Made by a program: the position numbers and the translations under genes. From positions 3,993 to 67,992 of the forward strand of contig JACPIA010000011.1 of NCBI GenBank assembly GCA_016188295.1: a stretch of DNA of 64,000 nt, given 5' to 3'. The notes beneath the pieces are model-generated. The model had not been told where the DNA came from and ran no database searches. It saw nothing but the letters and a program-made list of their open reading frames with translations. This DNA is from Candidatus Vogelbacteria bacterium (GTDB lineage: Bacteria; Patescibacteriota; Minisyncoccia; Phycocordibacterales; XYD1-FULL-46-19). Numbering within the stretch: the stretch's first letter is position 1; each line of letters opens with the position of its first letter. Positions 1 to 8,710 of this stretch are shown piece after piece.

Positions 1-2246
1 TCGCGGATAATCGGCTCCACTTTGGCCACGACCCCCTCCTCGACCTCATAAATGAGCTCATCGTGGACTTGGAGCAACAAGTGAGCCTGATTAATTAGCC
101 CCGCCTCGCGCAAGGCTTTGTCGGCTCGTGGCATCGCAATTTTAATAATATCGGCGGCGGTACCTTGGATCGGCGCATTCATCGCCATCCGCTCGGCACT
201 CGCCCTGATAAACGGCAACTTCGATTTAATCCCGGCAAAATAGCGCCGACGACCAAAGTAGGTAGTGGTATACCCTAAGCGATAAGCGTCACTTTTAACC
301 TCATCAAAATAATGTTTAATCCGGGGGAAAGTGCGGAAATAATTATCGTAAAATTGCTCCGCCTCCTCGCGGGTACCGCCCAAATTGGTCCGTAGAGCAT
401 TTACCCCCATACCGTAAATAATGCCGAAGTTAATCACCTTAGCCTGGCGACGCATCTCTTTAGTCACCTCCTCTTGCTTGACCCCAAATACCAGCGAGGC
501 CACCCCACTGTGTACATCCTCACCATTTTTAAAAATCTCAATTAAAGCTTTATCACCCGAGAGTTGAGCCAACACCCGCATCTCAATTTGGGAGTAATCG
601 ACGGCCAACCACACGTGTCCAGGTGTCGCCACAAAACCACGTCTGATTTCCAACCCTCGTTCGCCTCGTGTTGGTATATTTTGGAGTCCTGGATTTTGGG
701 AGGACATCCGCCCAGTCGCCGCTCCCGCTTGATTAAGTTGGGTGTGGATCCGATTCTGGTTGTCAGCCAACAGTGGTATCGGATCAATATAAGTACCGGC
801 TAATTTGGCCACCTCCCGATACTCCAGCAATTCATTAATAATCGGGTGAGTGTCTTTGAGCTTAATCAACTCTGACTCACGGGTGGAGCGGGCCCCGCCA
901 GCCGTCTTTTTAAGTCCTTTCACCACCAAACCCAAGCGATCAAACAAAACCTCGCCTAATTGCTTGGGCGAATTAATATTAAACTCTCCTTGGGCTAATT
1001 TATAAATTTTAGTCTCGAGCGCCTTTAACTTCTCATGATAACGCTTAGATAATTGTTTAAAGTGATCGCGATCAATTAAAATCCCCCAGCTCTCGGCCGC
1101 TTTAATAATCGGCATTAGCGGCACCTCTATTTGCTCAAACACTTTCAATAAATCCGCTTGTTTAAGTTTATCAACTAACACTAATTTAGCCTCGGCTAAA
1201 TTAGTGGCTTTAGTATATTCTAAAACATCAGCATAACTTGGCGTCGTCTTTTCTGAATTTAGGAGCCAAAGCATAATAGCCGCTTCCTCCCAGCCAGCTT
1301 CAGTTGCTGAAGCTGGCTGGTCCTGAGCTTTGTCGAAGGGCACACTGTTCATCCCCCCAATCAAACTTTTTACTCTCGTCAACAAACTCTTAAACTCTAG
1401 TTGGGTAAACAAAACTTCAACTGGTTCAAGTTGGAAGCTTTCGCTCCAGGTTTTGTCCGGTAATTTAAACTCAATCGGGGCATCTCGGCGGATAGTAGCG
1501 AGAGTTTTAGAAAAGAATGCTTCCTCCTCTCCTTCGACTAATAAATTAATAATTCGATCGGTTAATTTAAGTTCTTTAAAAACCGCTTTGTCTTTTTTAA
1601 GCACTTTATACAACGCCTCAATGGTGCCAAATTTTTGGATTAAAATAGTGGCCGTCTTCTCGCCGATGCCGGCAATACCAATAATGTTGTCAGACGGGTC
1701 GCCACGTAGACCTTTGTAATCCGGTAAATATTTAGGGGCAAAACCAAAGCGCTCGACCACTTGGGCCTCATCGTACAAAATTGTGTCGTTGATCCCCTTT
1801 TTTAGGGTGTAAACTTGAACTTGCTCTCCCGACACTAATTGCATCGTATCCATATCGCCTGAAGCAATCACCACTTTGATAGCTTTATTCCCTTTTAACT
1901 CCTCAACGATCGTGCCAATAATATCATCAGCCTCAAACCCAGGTTTATCGTAAAGCGGTACCCCAAAAGCGCTAAACACTTCGCGCGAGCGCTCCATTTG
2001 AGCAATTAAATCATCGTCGGTTTTCGCTCGTTTCGCTTTGTACTCGTCATAGACTTGCTTGCGAAAGGTTGGCACCGCTAAATCGTAACAAGCGGCCACG
2101 TAGTCTGGCTTAAGATCGGCTAAAATCTTAATCAGCATCGCGGCTAAGCCATAGAGCGCCCCGGTCGGCTCACCATTGCTCGCCGTAAAGTCAGGCAAGG
2201 CGTGATAAGCCCGATGCAAAATAGCGTGAGCATCAAATAAAACCAT
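1..2246 (-). CDS. polA: DNA polymerase I (N-terminal 5'-3' exonuclease plus polymerase domain; 3' end of gene lies beyond window start)
   Basis: Minus-strand translation from ATG at 2246 starts MVLFDAHAILHRAYHA (5'-3' exonuclease). The window start carries the family A palm motifs (RRxAKxxNFGxxYG, QGTAADIIK, VHDEL). Not in the ORF track because it is truncated. Confidence 0.85.
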   Translation of the reverse strand, partial: MVLFDAHAILHRAYHALPDFTASNGEPTGALYGLAAMLIKILADLKPDYVAACYDLAVPTFRKQVYDEYKAKRAKTDDDLIAQMERSREVFSAFGVPLYDKPGFEADDIIGTIVEELKGNKAIKVVIASGDMDTMQLVSGEQVQVYTLKKGINDTILYDEAQVVERFGFAPKYLPDYKGLRGDPSDNIIGIAGIGEKTATILIQKFGTIEALYKVLKKDKAVFKELKLTDRIINLLVEGEEEAFFSKTLATIRRDAPIEFKLPDKTWSESFQLEPVEVLFTQLEFKSLLTRVKSLIGGMNSVPFDKAQDQPASATEAGWEEAAIMLWLLNSEKTTPSYADVLEYTKATNLAEAKLVLVDKLKQADLLKVFEQIEVPLMPIIKAAESWGILIDRDHFKQLSKRYHEKLKALETKIYKLAQGEFNINSPKQLGEVLFDRLGLVVKGLKKTAGGARSTRESELIKLKDTHPIINELLEYREVAKLAGTYIDPIPLLADNQNRIHTQLNQAGAATGRMSSQNPGLQNIPTRGERGLEIRRGFVATPGHVWLAVDYSQIEMRVLAQLSGDKALIEIFKNGEDVHSGVASLVFGVKQEEVTKEMRRQAKVINFGIIYGMGVNALRTNLGGTREEAEQFYDNYFRTFPRIKHYFDEVKSDAYRLGYTTTYFGRRRYFAGIKSKLPFIRASAERMAMNAPIQGTAADIIKIAMPRADKALREAGLINQAHLLLQVHDELIYEVEEGVVAKVEPIIR

Positions 2247-2256
2247 GGTTTTGGTT

Positions 2257-2706
2257 TTAGTGGCCGACTTTTTGATCATAATTAATTTCCCGGGTCTGAT
2301 TGTCAATAAATTTAAACCTTAACTCTAAATCTGGCGGCGGCAAAATATCCGTCACTCGCTCCGGCCACTCCAAGACCATTAAAGTCTCGGGACTCGCCAA
2401 CCATTCACTGAAACCTAATTTAGCTAAATCCGCTCCGCCCTCCAAGCGATAACAATCAATGTGCATTAATTTTTGCCAATCCGTGTGGCCGGTCTCATAC
2501 GTTTTTTGAATCACAAACGTCGGACTAGTCACCGGCAAATCAATACCCAATTCTTTGGCCAAACTTTGGGTAAAAGTGGTTTTACCTGTCCCTAAATCGC
2601 CGGTTAAAAAAAGTACAGTCGCTTTAACTTCATTAGGTTTTAAAAGCGTAATGATTTGACCAGCCAAAGCACTGGTATCTGCTGGACTTCGGCTAATTAA
2701 TTGCAT
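2257..2706 (-). CDS. tsaE: tRNA t6A37 biosynthesis ATPase TsaE (YjeE)
   Basis: 149 aa with P-loop GDLGTGKTTFTQ. Size and motif are typical of the TsaE/YjeE family. Confidence 0.8.
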   Translation of the reverse strand: MQLISRSPADTSALAGQIITLLKPNEVKATVLFLTGDLGTGKTTFTQSLAKELGIDLPVTSPTFVIQKTYETGHTDWQKLMHIDCYRLEGGADLAKLGFSEWLASPETLMVLEWPERVTDILPPPDLELRFKFIDNQTREINYDQKVGH

Positions 2707-2739
2707 ATGCCAATCTTAACATAGAACAAACCTTCCAAT

Positions 2740-3771
2740 TTAGAGCTGGTTTAAGGCCTTTACTGTTTGCGGACCAACCCTCCCATCCTCTCCTCTTATT
2801 CCATATTTAGCTTGAAAAGTATTAATAGCAGTTCGGGTACAAGGACCAATCACTCCCGTGCGAGCGCAGTCATTTTTAGTCTTATTACTAGGAGGGTAAA
2901 CTTCGTCAAATATTAAGGCGGTTTGTAAAGCAAAGATGTCTAACGGGACAGATCTATTACCCACTAAATTACTCCATTGATGTGGAATTAATAAAGTGCC
3001 GTAAGACTTAACCACATCAACATTATCCGAATTAAAAAAATCTTCCAGTCCTAAATAAGTTTGAAAGGCTAAATCTTTTAGGGCTAAGGTACGCACCTCT
3101 TTGTTTTGAAATTGAGATTCATAAATATAACCATACTCAATTAAAACACTGGCGGTATCAGCGCTATTATTAGCTCCCACCGCAATCAACTCCGGCTCAT
3201 CAATAATACCAGTCGACTCTCCCGGTAAATTACTCACCGGGTTATATTTAGCTAAACGTTTAAACAAACTATCAGCTAATGTTTTAGTGGCCTCACTATT
3301 GCCATACTGACTCGCCGGAACGTAAATAGCAAAACCAGAGTATTCTCCTGGTCGCCGGGTATTAGGCCGAATATTGTCGTTAAAATGAATATTAATAGTA
3401 ATATCGATATCATTTTCGTTAGCCCACTTATTAAGACCATATAAACGTGTAGCCACCTCATTTGGTGCATCATTATGAACTACCGCTGAATAGGTTTTTA
3501 CTATTTGACCCATTACTACAAGACGAGAAAACTCTTCTTTTAAGAGGCTTCTCCATTCAATAATATCGGCCCAATTATTTTGATAATAATTAACAAACTC
3601 CGTACTCCAGGCTTTATTGTCTCGAGCAATAAAGACTTGATAGTGCGGATTGTTCTCTAAAAGTTTTTGTAAAAACTGCCCAAGCTCCATCGTCATATCA
3701 CGCTCTTTTAAATTATTAAATTCGGCCCCGCCAAAATTAGGCTCATGCCCTGGGACAATCAAAATCCGCAC
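2740..3771 (-). CDS. N-acetylmuramoyl-L-alanine amidase (Amidase_3-like) with C-terminal peptidoglycan-binding domain
   Basis: 343 aa. C-terminus TGVIGPCTRTAINTFQAKYGIRGEDGRVGPQTVKALNQL resembles PG_binding_1. GTG start. No signal peptide in this frame. Confidence 0.55.
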   Translation of the reverse strand: MRILIVPGHEPNFGGAEFNNLKERDMTMELGQFLQKLLENNPHYQVFIARDNKAWSTEFVNYYQNNWADIIEWRSLLKEEFSRLVVMGQIVKTYSAVVHNDAPNEVATRLYGLNKWANENDIDITINIHFNDNIRPNTRRPGEYSGFAIYVPASQYGNSEATKTLADSLFKRLAKYNPVSNLPGESTGIIDEPELIAVGANNSADTASVLIEYGYIYESQFQNKEVRTLALKDLAFQTYLGLEDFFNSDNVDVVKSYGTLLIPHQWSNLVGNRSVPLDIFALQTALIFDEVYPPSNKTKNDCARTGVIGPCTRTAINTFQAKYGIRGEDGRVGPQTVKALNQL

Positions 3772-3815
3772 TTTTTTAGGCGAGGAGGTGGTCGCAACGT
3801 CAGTATAATTAGCTT

Positions 3816-3968
3816 TTATTTGGGTAACTGATTTAAAATTATGGCGGTTAATTGATTGGTCATCTCCCCTACTGTCGATAAAGTAGTTAGTATTTGATTA
3901 GAGAAAAAACAAATAAAAACTAAAATCAATCCAAAAATAATTATGGCACCAACTTTAGTCTTATTCAT
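3816..3968 (-). CDS. Small signal-anchor ORF (50 aa); possibly the frameshifted N-terminus of the downstream amidase
   Basis: MNKTKVGAIIIFGLILVFICFFSNQILTT... is a hydrophobic signal-anchor. The ORF ends 44 nt before the amidase GTG. The amidase frame is open upstream through this region (+1 frame offset). Confidence 0.3.
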   Translation of the reverse strand: MNKTKVGAIIIFGLILVFICFFSNQILTTLSTVGEMTNQLTAIILNQLPK

Positions 3969-3989
3969 CCTAAAGCATATTATACAATA

Positions 3990-4027
3990 CAAAAAGGGCC
4001 CGCTGATCTTCTAAATCAATGGGCCCT
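3990..4027 (-). terminator. Rho-independent terminator of lipoprotein gene
   Basis: GGGCCC stems at 3996-4001 and 4021-4026. On the minus strand the hairpin is followed by TTTTTG. Confidence 0.6.
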
Positions 4028-4036
4028 GGTCTGTTA

Positions 4037-4498
4037 TTAGTCACGGCGTATTCGTGGCCGAGGTGATGACTGGACGACTCTCGGGTGGGTGCGATTATGC
4101 TCACGATGATCGAGGAATCGATCGATCGCTTGCGTCGCTACCCTGGCCATATTTTCTTGCCGGCGAGTCTGCTCTCTTTCCAGATCGCGTTGGTGATCCA
4201 AACGATCTCGTTGCCGGCGAGTGTATTCCCGATTCCAATCGCGTTGGTGATAATTGGCCGCTTTAGCCAAATCAACCTGATAACGATACTGCTCGGATTG
4301 CATCCGAGCGGCTGTCTGCAGGGCCTGATTCGATCCCTGCTCGGAGTATACCCCCCCGTGCAACGTCAACGCATTGGCTGTGGCGCTGTCCATTACTGGT
4401 GTTGAACTGTACCCCACCGGTTGGCCAGAATTGGAGGTAACACACCCATTCAACACCAGAACCAATCCCAACGCCATCATTACAAAGTGCTTAAACAT
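4037..4498 (-). CDS. Lipoprotein with R/Q/D/E-rich repeats (hypothetical)
   Basis: Signal peptide plus lipobox (LVLVLNGC). Internal repeated R/D/E/Q-rich segments. Local GC is clearly higher than the flanks. Confidence 0.55.
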   Translation of the reverse strand: MFKHFVMMALGLVLVLNGCVTSNSGQPVGYSSTPVMDSATANALTLHGGVYSEQGSNQALQTAARMQSEQYRYQVDLAKAANYHQRDWNREYTRRQRDRLDHQRDLEREQTRRQENMARVATQAIDRFLDHREHNRTHPRVVQSSPRPRIRRD

Positions 4499-4639
4499 GG
4501 CATTTCTCCCTTATTTTTATGGGCCCAATTGCCCACTTCCATCCCTATCGTCTCTACCTTCTATTATACACCCATTCCTCATTCCTGTCAATAGTCCACC
4601 ACAGAGGACGGTCCTCTGTGGTAAATAACCTTTATTTAT

Positions 4640-4664
4640 CAACAACGAGGCTAAGCCTCGTTGT
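4640..4664. repeat. REP-like palindromic element, copy 1 (ACAACGAGGC-TAA-GCCTCGTTGT)
   Basis: 10-bp perfect stem with 3-nt loop, followed by GTTTTG. Same core as the copies at 32398, 33094 and 44506. Confidence 0.7.
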
Positions 4665-4682
4665 GTTTTGAATAACAAAAAA

Positions 4683-4716
4683 CTGCTCATCCACGTCTAG
4701 GATGAGCAGTTTCAGA
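4683..4716 (-). terminator. Strong hairpin (CTGCTCATCC/GGATGAGCAG) with flanking A/T tracts; terminator-like on the minus strand
   Basis: 10-bp stem (4683-4692 and 4700-4709), 7-nt loop. On the minus strand it is followed by TTTTTTGTTATTC. No annotated minus-strand gene lies upstream of it. Confidence 0.4.
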
Positions 4717-4845
4717 TTGAGTTATGAGAAGCAAAAACAAACGATGTCTAACCTATCGCCGGCGGATGAGTAGACTGGGACAATTTTGCCCATTCCATTT
4801 ATAGTACTCCTCTTTTTTTAATCCCCTGGTTTGTCCAGGTTAACA

Positions 4846-4910
4846 ACTCATCTCAAATCAAGATGAGTATTATAGACATAAAAAAATTATATCTATAATA
4901 CTCATCTTGA
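4846..4910. promoter_or_regulatory. Compound palindrome upstream of pilB: 18-bp perfect inverted repeat (4858-4875 / 4893-4910) with a 17-nt A/T spacer, plus three ACTCATCT half-sites
   Basis: TCAAGATGAGTATTATAG ... CTATAATACTCATCTTGA. ACTCATCT occurs at 4846 and 4900, and AGATGAGT at 4861. Confidence 0.45.
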
Positions 4911-5035
4911 TTATTTTAAGAACATCTTATTTTAAAGTAACAAAAACTATACTATCTAGTCAAGTATTTCATAAATGGACTCTAAATAGACCAATTGTGG
5001 GTTATCCCCAACTTACGCTCTAGTAAGTTTGGCGT

Positions 5036-6784
5036 TTGGTGCTAGGAATAAAAAGAGATTCTGCGATACAATATAAGAACATGCCTAACTTCAATGATGA
5101 TAGCCAATTAAGGCGAGTAGATGACCTCCGCGCCAAGGAGGCAGAAAAATTATCACAGCTATTAGCCGATAAATACCAACTCCCCTATCTTGATCTTTCA
5201 CAAACAGCAATCAATACTGATGCTCTTCGCTTAATCCCAGAGATCGAAGCCCGCGAGGCTGGTGTGGCGGCTTTTAAATTAGTTGGCCGCACAATCTCAT
5301 TGGCGATTATGTCGCCCAATAATCAAAAACTAAATGCTATTTTAGAGGATTTGAAAGGTAAAAACTTTGCTATCACTTTGTACTTAGCTTCGGAGATTGG
5401 TGTGGCTCGTGCTTGGGAACGTTACCGTGAAATTTCCCGTTCCGAGCGCACTGAAGCCGGTTTAATTGAGATCTCCAGTGAGGTCATCACCGAGATTATT
5501 CCCAAAATTAAAACTCTCGACGATATTAAAAACTTACTTGGAGTCGAAGCGGAAAAAACTTTGAGTGAAGGTGGCATCACCGGCATTGTGGAAATGATTT
5601 TGGCTGGTGCCTTAGTCACTGAGGCCTCAGATATTCACCTTGAGCCCGAAGAAGAGGATATCCGCCTACGCTACCGCCTCGATGGTGTCTTAGAGGATAT
5701 TACCCACTTTAATAAAAAAATTAACCGCCAAGTGAACTCCCGTCTCAAATTAATGTCTGGCCTTAAACTTAATGTGACTCAAAGTGCCCAAGATGGTCGT
5801 TTTAGTATTAAGATCGATGATGTCGAGATCGAGATCCGCACATCGGTTTTACCCGGCGCTTATGGTGAAACGATTGTCTTGCGAGTATTAAATCCTAAAA
5901 ACATTGCAGTCTCGTTTACCGATTTAGGTATTGAGACCCACTTGTTTGAGATCTTTAACCGCGAGATTAGAAAACCCAATGGTCTAATCCTCCTCACTGG
6001 TCCGACTGGCTCCGGTAAAACCACTACTCTCTACGCCTTTTTGCGCGAGATTAATAATCCAGAGAGTAAGATTATTACTATTGAGGATCCGATTGAGTAT
6101 CATTTAAATGGTGTCAGTCAGACCCAAGTTAACCGAGCCAAAAAATACACTTTCCTGTCGGGTCTACGCGCCGCTTTGCGTCAAGATCCGGATGTGATTA
6201 TGGTGGGCGAGATTCGCGATGAGGAGACGGCTAAAATTGCCATTAACTCGGCTTTGACTGGTCACTTAGTCCTCTCCACTCTCCACACCAATAATGCCGC
6301 CGGGACGATCCCCCGCTTAATTGATCTAGGAATTAATCCTAAAATTATGAGTTCGTCGCTAACAGTTGCCGCTGCTCAGCGCCTCGTCCGTAAACTGTGC
6401 CTCAAATGTCGTCAAGAAAAAGTGACCGACACTAAAGAATTGGAACTGATTAATAAAGTGTTAGCCAATATTAAAGCTAAGCGCCCCGAGTTTAATCCGC
6501 TATCCGCCAGCTGGCGGAGCGGAAAAACTTGGGAGCCGGTCGGCTGTGAGGATTGTCATCAAACTGGCTACAAGGGCCGTATAGGCGTTTTCGAAGCTAT
6601 TATTATGGATGACAGCATTGCCCAGGTGGCGACCACCAATCCAAGCGAAAGAGATATTGTCTTAGCTGCCAAACCGCAAAAAATCCTCGATATGCGCGAG
6701 GATGGCGTCCTTAAAGTAGTTAGTGGCGTTACCGCTTTGGCCGAGCTAGGGCGAGTAATCGATTTAGATGCTCCGTTCTTTTAA
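5036..6784 (+). CDS. pilB: Type IV pilus assembly ATPase PilB / GspE-family secretion ATPase
   Basis: Walker A GPTGSGKTT, Asp box GEIRD, His box LVLSTLHTNNAAG, and an N-terminal T2SSE_N-like region. The ORF track uses a TTG start. ATG at 5081 (MPNFNDD) is the more probable start. Confidence 0.85.
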   Translation: MVLGIKRDSAIQYKNMPNFNDDSQLRRVDDLRAKEAEKLSQLLADKYQLPYLDLSQTAINTDALRLIPEIEAREAGVAAFKLVGRTISLAIMSPNNQKLNAILEDLKGKNFAITLYLASEIGVARAWERYREISRSERTEAGLIEISSEVITEIIPKIKTLDDIKNLLGVEAEKTLSEGGITGIVEMILAGALVTEASDIHLEPEEEDIRLRYRLDGVLEDITHFNKKINRQVNSRLKLMSGLKLNVTQSAQDGRFSIKIDDVEIEIRTSVLPGAYGETIVLRVLNPKNIAVSFTDLGIETHLFEIFNREIRKPNGLILLTGPTGSGKTTTLYAFLREINNPESKIITIEDPIEYHLNGVSQTQVNRAKKYTFLSGLRAALRQDPDVIMVGEIRDEETAKIAINSALTGHLVLSTLHTNNAAGTIPRLIDLGINPKIMSSSLTVAAAQRLVRKLCLKCRQEKVTDTKELELINKVLANIKAKRPEFNPLSASWRSGKTWEPVGCEDCHQTGYKGRIGVFEAIIMDDSIAQVATTNPSERDIVLAAKPQKILDMREDGVLKVVSGVTALAELGRVIDLDAPFF

Positions 6785-6789
6785 AATCA

Positions 6790-6950
6790 AACTGAGAACC
6801 CTCTAAGCAATCCCTTCAATAGTGCTATTAAAGTTAGGAAAATTCGTCAGGATGGCTCTCGTAAGTCCTCCAAAAGAGGAAACCAAAGCGTCCTGCCAAA
6901 TAGACCCGTACGAGATGTTGCCATCTCAATTGCTTAGAGGGTTCTCGGTT
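6790..6950. repeat. Inverted-repeat-bounded 155-bp element between pilB and ruvB (candidate structured ncRNA or MITE)
   Basis: 18-bp perfect inverted repeat GAGAACCCTCTAAGCAAT (6794-6811) / ATTGCTTAGAGGGTTCTC (6929-6946) enclosing 117 nt that contain smaller hairpins. Confidence 0.4.
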
Positions 6951-6989
6951 GGATTAATACCAGCTCTATGTTAGCATAAAACAAATTAT

Positions 6990-7964
6990 ATGTCAATAGA
7001 ACCTCAAAACGATATCACTTATCTTGATAAATCCCTCCGGCCAACAGTGTGGGGTGATTATATCGGCCAAGCTTCGACTAAGCAAAATTTACAGATTTTA
7101 ATTAATGCCGCGCGAGAGCGGGGTCATCCACCGGAACACTTATTATTTTACGGACCACCTGGTTTGGGCAAAACCACCTTGGCTTATTTAATCGCTGAAG
7201 AAATGGGCGCTCAAATTAAGGTCACCTCCGGTCCGGCGATTGAAAAGGTGGGCGATCTGGCTTCCATTTTAACCAATTTATCCCCGGGTGATATTTTATT
7301 CATTGACGAAGTACATCGTTTGAACAAATTAATCGAGGAGGTATTGTATCCGGCCATGGAATCAGGTTCCCTTAATATTATTTTAGGTAAAGGACCGGGC
7401 GCCCGCGTTATTCAACTTGATTTACCACCCTTTACTTTAGTGGCGGCCACCACTCGCTTAGCTTTACTGTCGGCTCCCTTGCGTTCCCGTTTCTCTGGTG
7501 GCACCTTTCGTTTAGAGCTTTATCAACCAGAGGAAATCGCTCAAATTATTAAGCGCTCCGCTTTATTATTAAATATTGAGCTCGAGAGTGAAGCGGCGCG
7601 GGCTATTGCCGAGCGTAGTCGTTGTACTCCTCGTATTGCTAATCACTTACTTAAGCGTTGTCGCGACTTTGCCCAAGTATCTAAAACGACCTTAACTCGT
7701 GAAAGTGTTAATGATTGTTTGACCATGCTTGGCTTAGATAATTTAGGTTTATCCCCCGCCGATCGTTTATTACTCGAGACTTTAGTGGATAAATTTAATG
7801 GTGGACCGGTAGGAGTTGGTACTTTAGCTACTGCCTTATCGGAGGAGGAAGATACGATTGAAGATGTTCATGAGCCTTATTTAATTCAACTGGGCTTACT
7901 AGAGCGCACTCCGCGTGGCCGAGTAGTAACCACTCATGGCTACAAACATTTGGGCCGACTATGA
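6990..7964 (+). CDS. ruvB: Holliday junction branch migration helicase RuvB
   Basis: GPPGLGKTTLA Walker A. Length and C-terminal winged-helix region match RuvB. Confidence 0.95.
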   Translation: MSIEPQNDITYLDKSLRPTVWGDYIGQASTKQNLQILINAARERGHPPEHLLFYGPPGLGKTTLAYLIAEEMGAQIKVTSGPAIEKVGDLASILTNLSPGDILFIDEVHRLNKLIEEVLYPAMESGSLNIILGKGPGARVIQLDLPPFTLVAATTRLALLSAPLRSRFSGGTFRLELYQPEEIAQIIKRSALLLNIELESEAARAIAERSRCTPRIANHLLKRCRDFAQVSKTTLTRESVNDCLTMLGLDNLGLSPADRLLLETLVDKFNGGPVGVGTLATALSEEEDTIEDVHEPYLIQLGLLERTPRGRVVTTHGYKHLGRL

Positions 7965-8437
7965 ATAAGATTATTTTAGGAATTGACCCGGGTTATGATC
8001 GCTGTGGCGTGGCGGTAATTAGCACTCGACCCACCATCACTCTACTTTATTCTGACTGTCTAACCACTAACCCTAAAGCTGTTTTTTCTAATCGTTTAGC
8101 GAGTTTAGGATCAAGTTTAGATAAAATTATTAAAGAATATAAACCAAGTGATATAGTGCTTGAAAAATTATTTTTTAGTAAAAACCAAAAAACAGCCAGT
8201 CGGGTCGCCGAGGTCCGAGGTGTGATTTTATATTTAGCCGGCATACATCATTTAACCACTACCGAGTATGCCCCATCAGAGATTAAATTAACCATTACTG
8301 GTTTTGGTGGTGCCAACAAACAACAAATCACCGCGATAGTCCCGAAATTAATTAAAATAATTAAATTACCTAGACACGATGATGAGTATGACGCTATCGC
8401 CGTCGCCCTAACCCACCAAGCTCATTCCCCTAATTAG
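7961..8437 (+). CDS. ruvC: Crossover junction endodeoxyribonuclease RuvC
   Basis: MNKIILGIDPGYDRCGVAV matches the RuvC N-terminus. 4-bp overlap (ATGA) with the ruvB stop. Confidence 0.9.
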   Translation: MNKIILGIDPGYDRCGVAVISTRPTITLLYSDCLTTNPKAVFSNRLASLGSSLDKIIKEYKPSDIVLEKLFFSKNQKTASRVAEVRGVILYLAGIHHLTTTEYAPSEIKLTITGFGGANKQQITAIVPKLIKIIKLPRHDDEYDAIAVALTHQAHSPN

Positions 8438-8546
8438 CAGTTTATCCACATCAAACAAAAGGGTGGCTTGCAAAACTATTGGGCTATGTTACAAATATAA
8501 GCACGTTTACAAGTGGGTCGTTTATTAATTAAATAAAATACATCAT

Positions 8547-8678
8547 ATGGATGATGATACAATAATCCCTGGTGGCGTCTTAGACGGCGGTGAAACCGAC
8601 TTAGACCCTGAAGAAAAGGTAGATATTGATGAAGAAGCGGATATCGACAGTGATATCCCAGAAGAAGAAACTTTTTAA
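8547..8678 (+). CDS. Small highly acidic protein (43 aa), hypothetical
   Basis: ATG ORF MDDDTIIPGGVLDGGETDLDPEEKVDIDEEADIDSDIPEEETF, immediately followed by a bidirectional terminator hairpin. Confidence 0.3.
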   Translation: MDDDTIIPGGVLDGGETDLDPEEKVDIDEEADIDSDIPEEETF

Positions 8679-8683
8679 CCAAA

Positions 8684-8710
8684 AGCCCCTATAACAGGGG
8701 CTTTTGGTTT
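8684..8710. terminator. Bidirectional terminator (AGCCCCT-ATAAC-AGGGGCT) shared by the small acidic ORF and tyrS
   Basis: 7-bp GC-rich stem. A-tract before it and TTTGGTTTT after it. Confidence 0.6.

Noticed and set aside
542-1719. ORF-track entries 542..787(-), 564..803(+), 1330..1719(+)
   Set aside because: They lie inside and out of frame with, or antisense to, the long polA reading frame, which shows clear family A polymerase motifs. They are spurious.
3276-3473. 65-aa minus-strand ORF
   Set aside because: It is nested out of frame inside the amidase gene.
4054-4628. ORFs 4054..4266(+), 4085..4405(+), 4374..4628(+)
   Set aside because: They are antisense to the lipoprotein gene or extend into the structured intergenic region. 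They have no start context or motifs.
8442-8450. Isolated DnaA-box 9-mers (TTATCCACA at 8442-8450 and 47215-47223; TTATCCACT near 54394)
   Set aside because: These are single occurrences away from dnaA without clustering or an AT-rich DUE. They are probably chance matches and are not called as origins.
8476-8682. 68-aa minus-strand ORF
   Set aside because: It is antisense to the better-supported small acidic plus-strand ORF and ends in the shared terminator. It is Arg/His-rich from reverse reading of a GAA/GAT-rich sequence.
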